Below are positions 18,161 to 27,276 of a stretch of DNA of 64,000 nt, one piece after another; the first letter of the stretch is position 1; each line of letters opens with the position of its first letter. The stretch is taken from sequence record NC_015933.1. One strand, given 5' to 3'. This DNA comes from Escherichia phage vB_EcoP_G7C. The notes below the pieces were generated by a model. The model ran no database searches, was not told the DNA's origin, and saw nothing but the letters and a program-made list of their open reading frames with translations. The translations under genes were made by a program, and so were the position numbers.

Positions 18161-18658
18161 ATGAAACAGAGGATTGCCCATGACAGGCTTTTACAGCTTG
18201 TTAGTTATGACCCTATTTCCGGAATTTTTACTCGTAGGAATACCGGAAAGGTATCCGGTTACCTAATGAAGAGTGGTTACGTTCAACTCCGTGTGGATAG
18301 TGTGTTGTACTATGGGCATATCCTTGCATGGTTCTATGTGCATGGCGTATGGCCTACGGATAGGATTGACCATAAGGACAATATACGCCATCACAACTGG
18401 ATAGATAACCTCAGAGAAGCGACCCACAAGCAGAATAACCAGAGTGCTGTTTTATCTAAAACAAACACATCTGGGTTTAAGGGTGTCTCCTTTTCAAAGA
18501 ATATGGGTAAGTACAGAGCAACTATTTGGGTTAATAGCAAACCAATTACATTAGGTTACACAGATAACCCAATAGAGGCTGCTGTTCTCTACGATGAAGC
18601 TGCTGTAACTCATTATGGTGAGTTTGCCAAAACCAACAAACAATTAGGACTGTTATGA
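18161..18658 (+). CDS. HNH homing endonuclease with AP2 domain
   Basis: HNH-type RIDHKDNIRHHNWIDNL; AP2-like GFKGVSFSKNMGKYRATIWVN…LGYTDNPIEAAVLYDEAA. Confidence 0.8.
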   Translation: MKQRIAHDRLLQLVSYDPISGIFTRRNTGKVSGYLMKSGYVQLRVDSVLYYGHILAWFYVHGVWPTDRIDHKDNIRHHNWIDNLREATHKQNNQSAVLSKTNTSGFKGVSFSKNMGKYRATIWVNSKPITLGYTDNPIEAAVLYDEAAVTHYGEFAKTNKQLGLL

Positions 18659-19635
18659 AACTTACTAACAATCATGATGTTAGTCTTGCACTAGCTGTTT
18701 GGCTTGTTACAGATGATTATGATTACGTAGACAATCCTAAGTACCTGTCTGCTACCACATTGCTTAAGCCCATTAAGCAAATCGTCATGAAGCATCGTGT
18801 AGATTTTAGTGACCAGTCAATTGATGTTATGGATTTCGTATCCACATCAATGGGTACTGGCTTACATGATTCTATCGAGAAAGCCTGGAAGCTAGGCCAT
18901 AAGACTGCATTGAAGAAGCTGGGTTATCCTCAGCGAGTAATTGATGCAGTAGTCATTAACCCAACCAAAGAAGACTTTGCTGCTAACCCTGACCTTATCC
19001 CAATCTACATTGAACAACGTGGAACCAAGCAGGTTAAGGGATGGACTATTGGTGGTAAATTCGACATCGTAACGGAAGGTCTGTTGCAAGACTTCAAGTC
19101 TACCTCAACCTATTCCTGGGTTGCTGGTTCCCGTGATGATGAACACAAGATGCAAGGCAGCTTGTACCGTTGGATTCACAACGACATCATTACTGAGGAT
19201 GTAATTCGTATTAACTACATCTTCACCGACTTCATGAAACACATGGCTAACAGCAATCCGAACTATCCTGCTAATCGTATTATGCATAAGGATATTCCGT
19301 TACTGTCTGTCGAGAAGACTGAACGTTGGGTGGAAGAGAAGATTCACTTAATCGAAAAGTACTGGGATGCACCTGAAGAGGAAATCCCCGAATGTACTGA
19401 CGAGGAGTTGTGGCGAACAGAGCCACAGTTCAAATACTTCTCTGATGCTTCTAAGGTAGATGTACCTGGAGCCAGAAGTACCAAAAACTTTGGCGATATG
19501 GCATCTGCCCGTATCTTCATGGCTGAAAAAGGTGGCAAGGGTGCTATCAAGGTTGTGGAGGGGCAGGTTAAACGCTGTTTATATTGCCCTGTCGCATCCA
19601 TTTGCAAACAAAGAGAGAGATATTTTCCATCATGA
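18655..19635 (+). CDS. PD-(D/E)xK nuclease with C-terminal Fe-S cluster cysteines (Cas4/RecB-like exonuclease)
   Basis: Motif II FDIV, motif III QDFK, QxxxY (QGSLY), four Cys including C-x2-C-x5-C at the C-terminus (CLYCPVASIC). Confidence 0.65.
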   Translation: MKLTNNHDVSLALAVWLVTDDYDYVDNPKYLSATTLLKPIKQIVMKHRVDFSDQSIDVMDFVSTSMGTGLHDSIEKAWKLGHKTALKKLGYPQRVIDAVVINPTKEDFAANPDLIPIYIEQRGTKQVKGWTIGGKFDIVTEGLLQDFKSTSTYSWVAGSRDDEHKMQGSLYRWIHNDIITEDVIRINYIFTDFMKHMANSNPNYPANRIMHKDIPLLSVEKTERWVEEKIHLIEKYWDAPEEEIPECTDEELWRTEPQFKYFSDASKVDVPGARSTKNFGDMASARIFMAEKGGKGAIKVVEGQVKRCLYCPVASICKQRERYFPS

Positions 19636-21785
19636 GCATTGACCTTACCGGAGTAGTGCATCATCCAGCGATTGAAGAAATCGTAGATGTGCTCTGCAAT
19701 AAAACCCAGAATAACGACCGGGGATTCTTCCGTGTCGAAGTAGCCTACTTCTTGGCTAAAATGGCATCCTGCATGGGTGCAACCATCGTAACTAAAGACC
19801 GTGGTGACCTGCCGGTAAACATCTACGCTATGGCGTTGGCTACATCTGGTTTCGGTAAAGGTCACTCGGTAAATATCATTGAAGACGGGTTCATGACTGG
19901 CTTCCGTAAACGTTTTATGGAAGACACCATGCCCGTCATTGCAAATGACCGTTTATGGAAGATTGCTAACGAACGTGCTGCTCGTCAGGGTACAGACCAG
20001 AATGATGAGTTCGATAAAGTTGAAGCAGAGTATAAGCGTGCTGGGGCATTCCCATTCACATTCGACTCTGGTACAGCACCTGCTGTAAAACAGCTTCGTC
20101 ACAAGCTGCTTATGGCTGGTTGTGGTGCTATTAACTTACAGATTGATGAGATTGGTTCCAACCTCATTGCCAACGTTGAAGTTCTTAACCTGTTCCTTGA
20201 GTTGTATGACCAGGGGAAAGTAAAACAGAAGTTAACCAAGAACACTGCTGAAAGTATTCGTGGTGAAGAACTGGATGGTAAAACTCCTGCTAACCTGCTG
20301 CTGTTCGGTACTCCGAGTAAGTTGCTGGATGGTGGGCAGACTGAAGACCAGTTCTATGACTTCCTCGATACAGGATATGCACGTCGTTGTCTGTTTGCCA
20401 TTGGGCACTTAGACAAGCGAGCGCATGCAACGATGACTCCGGAAGAAATCTACCATAACCTGATTAAGCAGGATAACGTTCAGTCTCTTGGTAAGTGGGC
20501 TAACCACTTCCATAGTCTGGCTGACCCAAACCTGTTTGGCTTTAAGATGATTGTGGAAGATGCAGTGGGTATTGCTCTGATTGCTTACAAAATTGATTGT
20601 GAGAAACAAGCAGAAGCTATGGCTGACCACGAAGAAATTCGTAAGGCTGAAATCTCCCACCGTTACTTCAAGGCTCTTAAGCTGGCAGGTGCACTGGCGT
20701 TTGTTGACCAGAGTTCATTCATTGAGATGTCTCACCTTAAACAAGCAATCCTGCTCGTAGAAGAATCCGGAGCAGCATTCCAGGGTATTCTCAATCGTGA
20801 GAAAGCCTATGTGAAGCTGGCTAAGTACATTGCCTCTGTGGGCAAAGAGGTTACTCATGCTGACTTGCTGGAGTCATTACCATTCTATAAGAGTGGTAAT
20901 GCAGCTCGTAATGAGATGATGACTCTTGCTACAGCATGGGGTTACAAACAGCACATCATTATTAAGAAGACCTTCAATGAAGGCATTGAGTTCTTCCGTG
21001 GAGAGACTCTGAAAGAGACTGACACCAATGAGATGATAGTGGCATATAGTGATAGCTTTGCTTATGACTATGTTGGTGAACGTGTACCGTTTGACCAGCT
21101 ACATGTATTAACCCAAGCTCCCGGTATGCACTGGGTAAACCATCACATGAAGAATGGGCATCGTTCTGAAGAGAACGTTATTCCAGGATTTAACATGATT
21201 GTTATTGACTGTGATGGTGGAGTACCTCTGCATACGTGCCATGAACTGATGAAGGAATATAAGTTCATGACCTATACCACTAAGCGTCATACCGATGAAG
21301 AGAACCGCTTCCGTCTGATTATTCCAATGAACTATGAGTTACACCTTGATACTGAGGAATACAAAGAGTTCATGAATAACGTTATGGCTTGGCTACCATT
21401 CGAAACGGATGAGTCTGCTAACCAACGAGCCAAGAAGTGGATGTCCTGTGAGACTGGTTCCTATCATTACAACCTTGATGCGAATCTGTTGGATGTACGT
21501 GACTTTATTCCTCGTACCAGTAAGAACGAGCAGTTCCAGAACCAGATGAAGGAAGTACAGTCGTTGGATAATCTGGAGCGTTGGTTCGCTGGTCGTATTG
21601 CCTCCGGTAATCGTAATAATCAAATGATTAAGTACGCACTGGCATTAGTAGACAGTGGTTGGGACTTTGCTCAAGTACAGCAAGCCGTCTACTCATTCAA
21701 TAAGAAACTGGCTAATCCATTACCAGATGATGAATTGAATTCAACCGTAATGGTCACCGTGGCTAAACGCTTCGCTGGCAAGTAA
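19632..21785 (+). CDS. Putative DNA primase / replication initiation protein
   Basis: Large ORF between nuclease and ATPase/SSB genes; ATG at 19632 overlaps upstream stop (ATGA); function assigned by position in an N4-like replication module, no unambiguous motif. Confidence 0.5.
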   Translation: MSIDLTGVVHHPAIEEIVDVLCNKTQNNDRGFFRVEVAYFLAKMASCMGATIVTKDRGDLPVNIYAMALATSGFGKGHSVNIIEDGFMTGFRKRFMEDTMPVIANDRLWKIANERAARQGTDQNDEFDKVEAEYKRAGAFPFTFDSGTAPAVKQLRHKLLMAGCGAINLQIDEIGSNLIANVEVLNLFLELYDQGKVKQKLTKNTAESIRGEELDGKTPANLLLFGTPSKLLDGGQTEDQFYDFLDTGYARRCLFAIGHLDKRAHATMTPEEIYHNLIKQDNVQSLGKWANHFHSLADPNLFGFKMIVEDAVGIALIAYKIDCEKQAEAMADHEEIRKAEISHRYFKALKLAGALAFVDQSSFIEMSHLKQAILLVEESGAAFQGILNREKAYVKLAKYIASVGKEVTHADLLESLPFYKSGNAARNEMMTLATAWGYKQHIIIKKTFNEGIEFFRGETLKETDTNEMIVAYSDSFAYDYVGERVPFDQLHVLTQAPGMHWVNHHMKNGHRSEENVIPGFNMIVIDCDGGVPLHTCHELMKEYKFMTYTTKRHTDEENRFRLIIPMNYELHLDTEEYKEFMNNVMAWLPFETDESANQRAKKWMSCETGSYHYNLDANLLDVRDFIPRTSKNEQFQNQMKEVQSLDNLERWFAGRIASGNRNNQMIKYALALVDSGWDFAQVQQAVYSFNKKLANPLPDDELNSTVMVTVAKRFAGK

Positions 21786-21841
21786 GCAAACAGGAGTCTT
21801 TCTTTGGTTTGAAGGACTCCTAAACTAAACGAGGAAAAATA

Positions 21842-22594
21842 ATGTCCGAAGAAATCTCCAATGATATGAACACTCAGCTAATCCTGATTGCAGGATTCTC
21901 AGCGAGTGGTAAATCAGCATCACTGCGTAATATCCGGAACCAGGAACGCTGGCTGTATTTGAATACAGAAGCGGGTAAGCGTCTGCCTTTCCGTAATAAG
22001 TTCAACACCTATAACATCGAAGACCCATATCAGATTTGGGAAGCATTTGATGTTGCATCTCCGGGTGGTGAAATGGCAGACGATGTTGATGGTATCATTA
22101 TCGACTCTGCTACCTTCATGATGGACATGTTGGAATCTCAGTATGTATTGCCATCTGCTAATACCCAGAAAGCCTGGGGAGACTTTGCACAGTTCTTTAA
22201 AATACTGCTGCAACAGAAAGTCGTTAAGTTTGGTAAGCCAGTAATCATTACTGCTCATGCCAAAGATGAACTTGACGAAGCTGCTGGTGTGATGAAAACA
22301 TTCATCCCGGTTAAGGGTTCACTGAAGAACAATGGCCTTGAGGCTTACTTCTCTACAGTGGTTTATGCAGAACGTGTAGACATTAAAGAGCTGGAGAAGT
22401 ATGGCAACAAGATGCTTGATATTACGGAAGAAGAACGTGACTTAGGCTATAAGCACGTATTCCAGACTCGTCCAACCAAGAAGTCTGTTGGTAAACGACT
22501 TCGCTCACCAATGGGTATGTTTGATAAGTCGCAGACTTATATTGATAATGATGCCCAAAAACTCTTAGACCATCTGGCTGAATACTACGCTTAA
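21842..22594 (+). CDS. P-loop ATPase, RecA-like fold (Sak4/AAA_24-like recombination or replication protein)
   Basis: Walker A AGFSASGKS, Walker B GIIIDSATF; GAGGAAAAA RBS. Confidence 0.55.
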   Translation: MSEEISNDMNTQLILIAGFSASGKSASLRNIRNQERWLYLNTEAGKRLPFRNKFNTYNIEDPYQIWEAFDVASPGGEMADDVDGIIIDSATFMMDMLESQYVLPSANTQKAWGDFAQFFKILLQQKVVKFGKPVIITAHAKDELDEAAGVMKTFIPVKGSLKNNGLEAYFSTVVYAERVDIKELEKYGNKMLDITEEERDLGYKHVFQTRPTKKSVGKRLRSPMGMFDKSQTYIDNDAQKLLDHLAEYYA

Positions 22595-22634
22595 GCGTTT
22601 GCCTGGTTGTTAATCACTTATTAGGAAAAATATT

Positions 22635-23438
22635 ATGTCACTGTTCAGTAACTTGAAAGAAAAGACCAAAAACGTTGAAGCTGTAAAAGACTCCCTTGGT
22701 GGTGGTGGCTTCGGTGCAAAAGAATCCGATATCTACACCGGTACTGTAAAAGTAGCTTATGTAGGTAAAGCTGACTCTGGTGCAGACTGGATGCAGTTAA
22801 TCATTGAAAACCTGAAAGGTTCTGACGGCAATGATGCTGGTGAGTTCCGTGCTCAGGTGTACTTTACTTCTGGTAATGCTAAAGGCAATAAGCCAACTTA
22901 CGAGAAGAATGGTAAAGAGTACTTCCTGCCTGGTTACACTGTCATTAATGACATGATGCTGATGGCTACTGGTTGTGAACTGCCAGATGCAGACTTCGAA
23001 GAGAAGATTGTTAAAGTCTATGACTTCGATCTGAAAGCTGAAACCAATAAATCTGTCATGGTTCCAGTTGACCTGGTTGGTCAGACTGTTACCTTCGCTC
23101 TGGAAAAGGTTCTGGAAGCTAAGCAGGTTAAAGGTGACAACGGTTACGTTGACTCCGGTGAAACCCGTGAAGTAAACGAGATTCAGAAAGTGTTTCACCC
23201 GGAACTGCTGGTCACAGTCGTCGAGGCTCAGGAAGCAGAGAAGGCTGAGAAAGAACTGACCCCAGAACTGGCTGTATTCTACGGAGCATGGCTGGAAAAG
23301 AACAAAGGTAAAACCCGTGATAAGACCAAGGGTTCTGCTGGTGGTAATGGTAAAGGTGGCTTGCCTCCTAAACCAGGTGCAGGTGCTGGCACGGGTACTA
23401 CTCCAGCTGGTGGTAAATCTCTGTTCGGTAAGCGTTAA
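22635..23438 (+). CDS. Putative single-stranded DNA-binding protein (by position), Gly-rich termini
   Basis: 267-aa ORF with AGGAAAAA RBS; Gly-rich C-terminal tail; assignment by synteny. Confidence 0.45.
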   Translation: MSLFSNLKEKTKNVEAVKDSLGGGGFGAKESDIYTGTVKVAYVGKADSGADWMQLIIENLKGSDGNDAGEFRAQVYFTSGNAKGNKPTYEKNGKEYFLPGYTVINDMMLMATGCELPDADFEEKIVKVYDFDLKAETNKSVMVPVDLVGQTVTFALEKVLEAKQVKGDNGYVDSGETREVNEIQKVFHPELLVTVVEAQEAEKAEKELTPELAVFYGAWLEKNKGKTRDKTKGSAGGNGKGGLPPKPGAGAGTGTTPAGGKSLFGKR

Positions 23439-23992
23439 TGAAAATCCCAATTGTCGGTGCAGACATTAGCCTCCGCAATTGGGGATTAGCTCGTGGGATG
23501 CTGGACATTGAGTCCGGCGTCTTCGAGCAGGTCGAACTTAAACTGGTTCAAACTGAAGTTGACCACAACAAACAAGTTCGAACCAACTCCAAAGATATAC
23601 AAGCTGCCCATGATTTGTTTCTTGGTTGTGAGGAATGGTTACGGTCTGCTAAAGCAGTATTCGTAGAAGTACCAGTAGGCTCTCAGTCTGCTAATGGAAT
23701 GAAGTCCTATGGTGTATGCGTAGGATTAATTGGTGCATTCCGTGCATTGGGTTGTCCAATCTTTGAAGTATCCCCAATTGAAAACAAACTTGCACTGGTC
23801 GGCGATAAAACTGCATCAAAAGACACGATGATTCGTGCTGCTCATGCCATCTATCCTGAAGCCAACTGGCTCACGGATAGTAAAGGTAAACTTCTGAATA
23901 AGAATGAGCACTTAGCTGATGCAATCGGTGCAATCCACGCTGGTGTAAATCTCCCAGCTTTCCAGAATCTCATTAAATTAATAAAGGCATAA
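23438..23992 (+). CDS. RuvC-like Holliday junction resolvase
   Basis: N-terminal IVGADISLRNWGLA resembles the RuvC catalytic-Asp strand; C-terminal HLADAIGAIHAG resembles the RuvC D..A.A motif. Confidence 0.5.
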   Translation: MKIPIVGADISLRNWGLARGMLDIESGVFEQVELKLVQTEVDHNKQVRTNSKDIQAAHDLFLGCEEWLRSAKAVFVEVPVGSQSANGMKSYGVCVGLIGAFRALGCPIFEVSPIENKLALVGDKTASKDTMIRAAHAIYPEANWLTDSKGKLLNKNEHLADAIGAIHAGVNLPAFQNLIKLIKA

Positions 23993-23993
23993 T

Positions 23994-24443
23994 ATGCAAA
24001 TCGTTCTGAACCAGTCTGAAGTAGAAGCTGCTATTGAAGCTTATGTAAATGAACAGGTTAATCTTGCCGGGGACATTAATATCCTGGTGAATGCAGATGG
24101 TACTGCCACCATTGGCATCAATGAAGAGGCCGGTCATAGTGATGACACTCCCCCCGTGGTAGAGAAGAGGACTCGTCGTTCTCGTAAGAATCCACAAGAA
24201 GCCAAACACCGTCCGGTAGAACCAGAACCAGTTGTTGGGGATGAAACTGAAGAAGAGGTAAAGGAAGAAGAAACCCAGACCTCTACTGGTGGTGTGAACG
24301 AGAGTTCTACGCCGGAACCTGAAGAAGCAGTAGCTGAACCAGAAGCACAAGAAGAAGTTGTGCAGGAGGAAGTTAAGGCAGAAGAACCAGCAGAGAAACC
24401 TGCTGCGAAGCCTTCACTGTTCGCTGGCCTAAAACGTAGTTAA
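23994..24443 (+). CDS. Acidic Pro/Glu-rich protein
   Basis: C-terminal half is E/P/V-rich low complexity. Confidence 0.5.
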   Translation: MQIVLNQSEVEAAIEAYVNEQVNLAGDINILVNADGTATIGINEEAGHSDDTPPVVEKRTRRSRKNPQEAKHRPVEPEPVVGDETEEEVKEEETQTSTGGVNESSTPEPEEAVAEPEAQEEVVQEEVKAEEPAEKPAAKPSLFAGLKRS

Positions 24444-24674
24444 TCTGGTAGGTGGCTCAGAAGCTGCTGCTAGGTGTGGTAGTGTTTATAGTACTGATGC
24501 TACTACTGGTCAGGATTATAGACGTGTCGGCTCCATACATAGCTTTTATCATCACTGTCATTATCCTGTGGAAATGCAGTGGTAAACACGGTGGTGACAA
24601 GCCGCCAGAATAACAACAACCGAGCCAGAGAGTTTTAATACTCTCCGAAGCTCTCTGGTTCATCTGAGGTATTT

Positions 24675-25172
24675 ATGAGCAAGCCATTAGGATACTGGAA
24701 TAAACCTGCCCATGAACTCGCTGTAGTACATTCTCCCGATGATGCCAATGCAAAGGATGGATACATCAGTATTAAACGTCATGGGGTGAGGGTATTTCTG
24801 CACAACTGGATTTGGGAATACTATAATGGACCAATCCCGGATGGGTATGAAGTTGACCACATCAATGGAATCCCAACTGATTGTCGACTTATTAATATGA
24901 GACTGGTGTCCCATATGATTAACTGTCGCAATCGTCGCAAAAGAATTGACAATACATCCGGCGCTACCGGTGTGTATAGACAATGGAAGAAGACTAATGA
25001 ATATTGGACTGCTGCTTGGAATGACCCGCATACAGGTAAGCTACGAACTAAAAGCTTCAACATTGGTGTTCTTGGGGATAGCGAAGCCAAAGATGCTGCT
25101 ATAGCATACCGGGCTACTATAGAAGCAGACCTGGTAAAGAATCACAACTACACCTTACGCCATGGAAGATAA
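24675..25172 (+). CDS. HNH homing endonuclease with AP2 domain
   Basis: HNH-type VDHINGIPTDCRLINMRLVSHMINCRN; AP2-like GATGVYRQWKKTNEYWTAAWNDPHTGKLRTKSF. Confidence 0.8.
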   Translation: MSKPLGYWNKPAHELAVVHSPDDANAKDGYISIKRHGVRVFLHNWIWEYYNGPIPDGYEVDHINGIPTDCRLINMRLVSHMINCRNRRKRIDNTSGATGVYRQWKKTNEYWTAAWNDPHTGKLRTKSFNIGVLGDSEAKDAAIAYRATIEADLVKNHNYTLRHGR

Positions 25173-25207
25173 ACTCTCCCCAGTCCATTGGTTCAACCGA
25201 GGCTGAT

Positions 25208-25378
25208 ATGAACAAATTTACTATTCACTGGCTCAATGGAAAGGTTAGTTCTTTCATGGGTGGAGAACCTGCTGAAGGAAACAAAGCATTCCACATTGAT
25301 TCAGAAGGCTGCAAAATCTTAATACCTTATGCTTGGTATAAAGGTGGTGAAGTTGAAGCATTGAAAAAGAGTAGTTAA
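25208..25378 (+). CDS. Small hypothetical protein (56 aa)
   Basis: ATG with GAGG RBS; below the ORF-track size cut-off. Confidence 0.35.
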   Translation: MNKFTIHWLNGKVSSFMGGEPAEGNKAFHIDSEGCKILIPYAWYKGGEVEALKKSS

Positions 25379-26629
25379 TATCGTGAAGGGTTCTGTTAGA
25401 ATCCTTTGAGATAGGAACTCCTATCATAACCTTTCTTAACTTAATCTTTGCCGTATGGCACTGACGCTAGGGGTGGCCCCCCATCCGTCAGACAGACTAT
25501 TTTAAGAACCGGTTATCTCAGAAAATGTAAAGCAACATTCGGGTTAATCAATGGCCTCTCCTATAGGGGCCATTTCTGAATCTTAGGCTATATCCCAAAG
25601 GTTAGTATCTTTGGGATAAGGCTTCAGATCCCTTATCAAACTAACGCTCATGTTGAGCACAACATTAACCAATAATGTCGGATAGTTCGTTACGCTATTC
25701 ATCCAGCATCGAGTTGTTAGGTCTTACATGCAACATAGGGTAATGGGAGGATTCGTCCCCTCCCTCCTATTATGAACCAATTCGTGAGAACTCTTATCTT
25801 GGCTACCGGGAAAGGAGTGAAAAATGTTCGTAAACTACTCCCCAATTAGGTTCAACTCCTAAGCCAGGGTAAGTGTTCTCACTAATTGGAAAAATTAAGA
25901 CGGGTCTGGTGAAGTAGATGGGGTTCGATTCCCTCCGGTGGAGTAATCCACTAGCGTGCTTGGTGCACGAATAAGACTTAATACTGGTGGTTCGATTCCA
26001 TCCCCCGTTACCCGAAGTCGCCAGGTACTTATGGCAAACGGGTAGTAACGAACTAGTCATTCGTCAAACGCCCACCCAATTATGAGTCAGCAAGAACGCC
26101 TTCACTTAAACTTAAACAAAAAAGCTTAACGCAATAATTATGTAGGGGTATGTAAGGATTGCGAAGAAGGAGCCAGTTAGAGCCTGGCATGGCTCACCTA
26201 TTGCATTACCAAGCCACTAGGCAAGTACTGTTAAGCAGTATACACGTTATGAGCCTCCTGGGGGCTAGTGGAAGTTGCCAACATCAACGAGATGTCCTGT
26301 GTTGTCTCTGAGGCTGCTTGGTAGTGCATTCTAATCAGCAGTAACATAGTCCTGATTGCATAGCACTCTAAAGACAACACTGGTAAGACAGTCCAGTGGC
26401 TGCTAATGTATTGTTATTCCCCTCGACGGGAATTTCGCTAGTGAAGGTAACACTTAAAAATCCAAACCCACGTCTTACTACTATCGGGCTATCAACCCAC
26501 GGTCGCTTAACCCTGTAGTGATAGTAGTTTGACGGCCTGCCTCGTTGACTGCGTTAAAGTCACTAAGTCCCTCGGAGCCGTCACTCTGGGGGACTTTTTT
26601 ATTTGAGAACTACTTATTGGACGATTCAT
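25379..26629 (+). ncRNA. ORF-poor structured RNA island with tRNA-like T-arm motifs; candidate ncRNA or degenerate tRNA cluster
   Basis: No ORF of 60 aa or more on the plus strand; two exact GGTTCGATTCC T-arm 11-mers (25922-25932, 25989-25999) each with a pairing T-stem; several perfect 6-10 bp stem-loops; ends at a terminator. Confidence 0.4.
26567..26600 (+). terminator. Rho-independent terminator closing the RNA island
   Basis: GC-rich stem GTCCC…GGGGAC followed by T6. Confidence 0.55.
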
Positions 26630-26771
26630 ATGATTGACCTAATCTTAACCCCGTATGCCTATGAGGTAACGGATAACCGTGGACGTAAGTCTTTGGTATT
26701 TGCAGGTAGCGTAGCCTATAACAACGCAGTCATGTTTAAATACAAACTTAAACCACTCTATGAGGCTAATA

Positions 26772-26909
26772 ATGGAATTTGATGATTTAGATTTTGAAGC
26801 TATCGAAAGGGCGAACCAGGAGAAACTGGAACAGGCTAATCGTGAAGCTGAAGAGTTAGAAAACGCTAAAGGCAACAACGATTGCACGAGTGGTGGTTGC
26901 ACCATTTAG
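26772..26909 (+). CDS. Small acidic protein (45 aa)
   Basis: ATG with GAGG RBS; overlaps a weaker 50-aa ORF at 26630-26782. Confidence 0.3.
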   Translation: MEFDDLDFEAIERANQEKLEQANREAEELENAKGNNDCTSGGCTI

Positions 26910-26990
26910 CAAACAGGTATATGGTAGTTTTTACCGAAAGGTACTGAACTACCCGACATGTGGTAAGGCTCGAGAAGCCAAAACAAAATA

Positions 26991-27013
26991 AGCCCTCCTA
27001 GTGAGGGCTTTTC
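26991..27013 (+). terminator. Terminator-like hairpin
   Basis: Stem AGCCCTC/GAGGGCT followed by TTTT. Confidence 0.5.
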
Positions 27014-27033
27014 CATATCTGTAGGAAACTATT

Positions 27034-27264
27034 ATGACGCAAGTATCTATTACCTCTGTTGTTCGTGAAGCCATTCTCAACAATACTGTTCGTACATATT
27101 CGTTCGATGAAATCGCAGAGAAGCTAGGAGTAACCCGTTACGTGGCTAAGAAACTCTACTTCACTTTCCTGTGGTTCCCTACGGAAGAAACATTACGGAA
27201 GATTAAAGAAACTGGTAAATTTCCAAGTGAAGGACGCAAGCCTAAAATGTGGAAAACACCCTAG
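27034..27264 (+). CDS. Small HTH DNA-binding protein (76 aa)
   Basis: AGGAAA RBS 7 nt upstream; HTH-like YSFDEIAEKLGVTRYVAKKLY; bracketed by terminators. Confidence 0.5.
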   Translation: MTQVSITSVVREAILNNTVRTYSFDEIAEKLGVTRYVAKKLYFTFLWFPTEETLRKIKETGKFPSEGRKPKMWKTP

Positions 27265-27276
27265 CTTCTAAAAGCA

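Noticed and set aside
22797-23450. 217-aa minus-strand ORF
   Set aside because: Lies antisense within the SSB-like gene in a plus-strand operon; no RBS; low-complexity translation
25919-26010. Calling standard tRNA genes at the two GGTTCGATTCC motifs
   Set aside because: Manual cloverleaf folding did not yield matching acceptor, D and anticodon stems, so they are reported as tRNA-like motifs pending tRNAscan-SE or ARAGORN
25803-26060. 85-aa minus-strand ORF across the T-arm motifs
   Set aside because: No RBS, Ser/Gly/Pro-rich translation, and it overlaps the structured elements; the region is better explained as RNA
26645-26905. 86-aa minus-strand ORF
   Set aside because: Ser/Ala-rich low-complexity translation, no RBS; plus-strand small ORFs with RBSs occupy the same span
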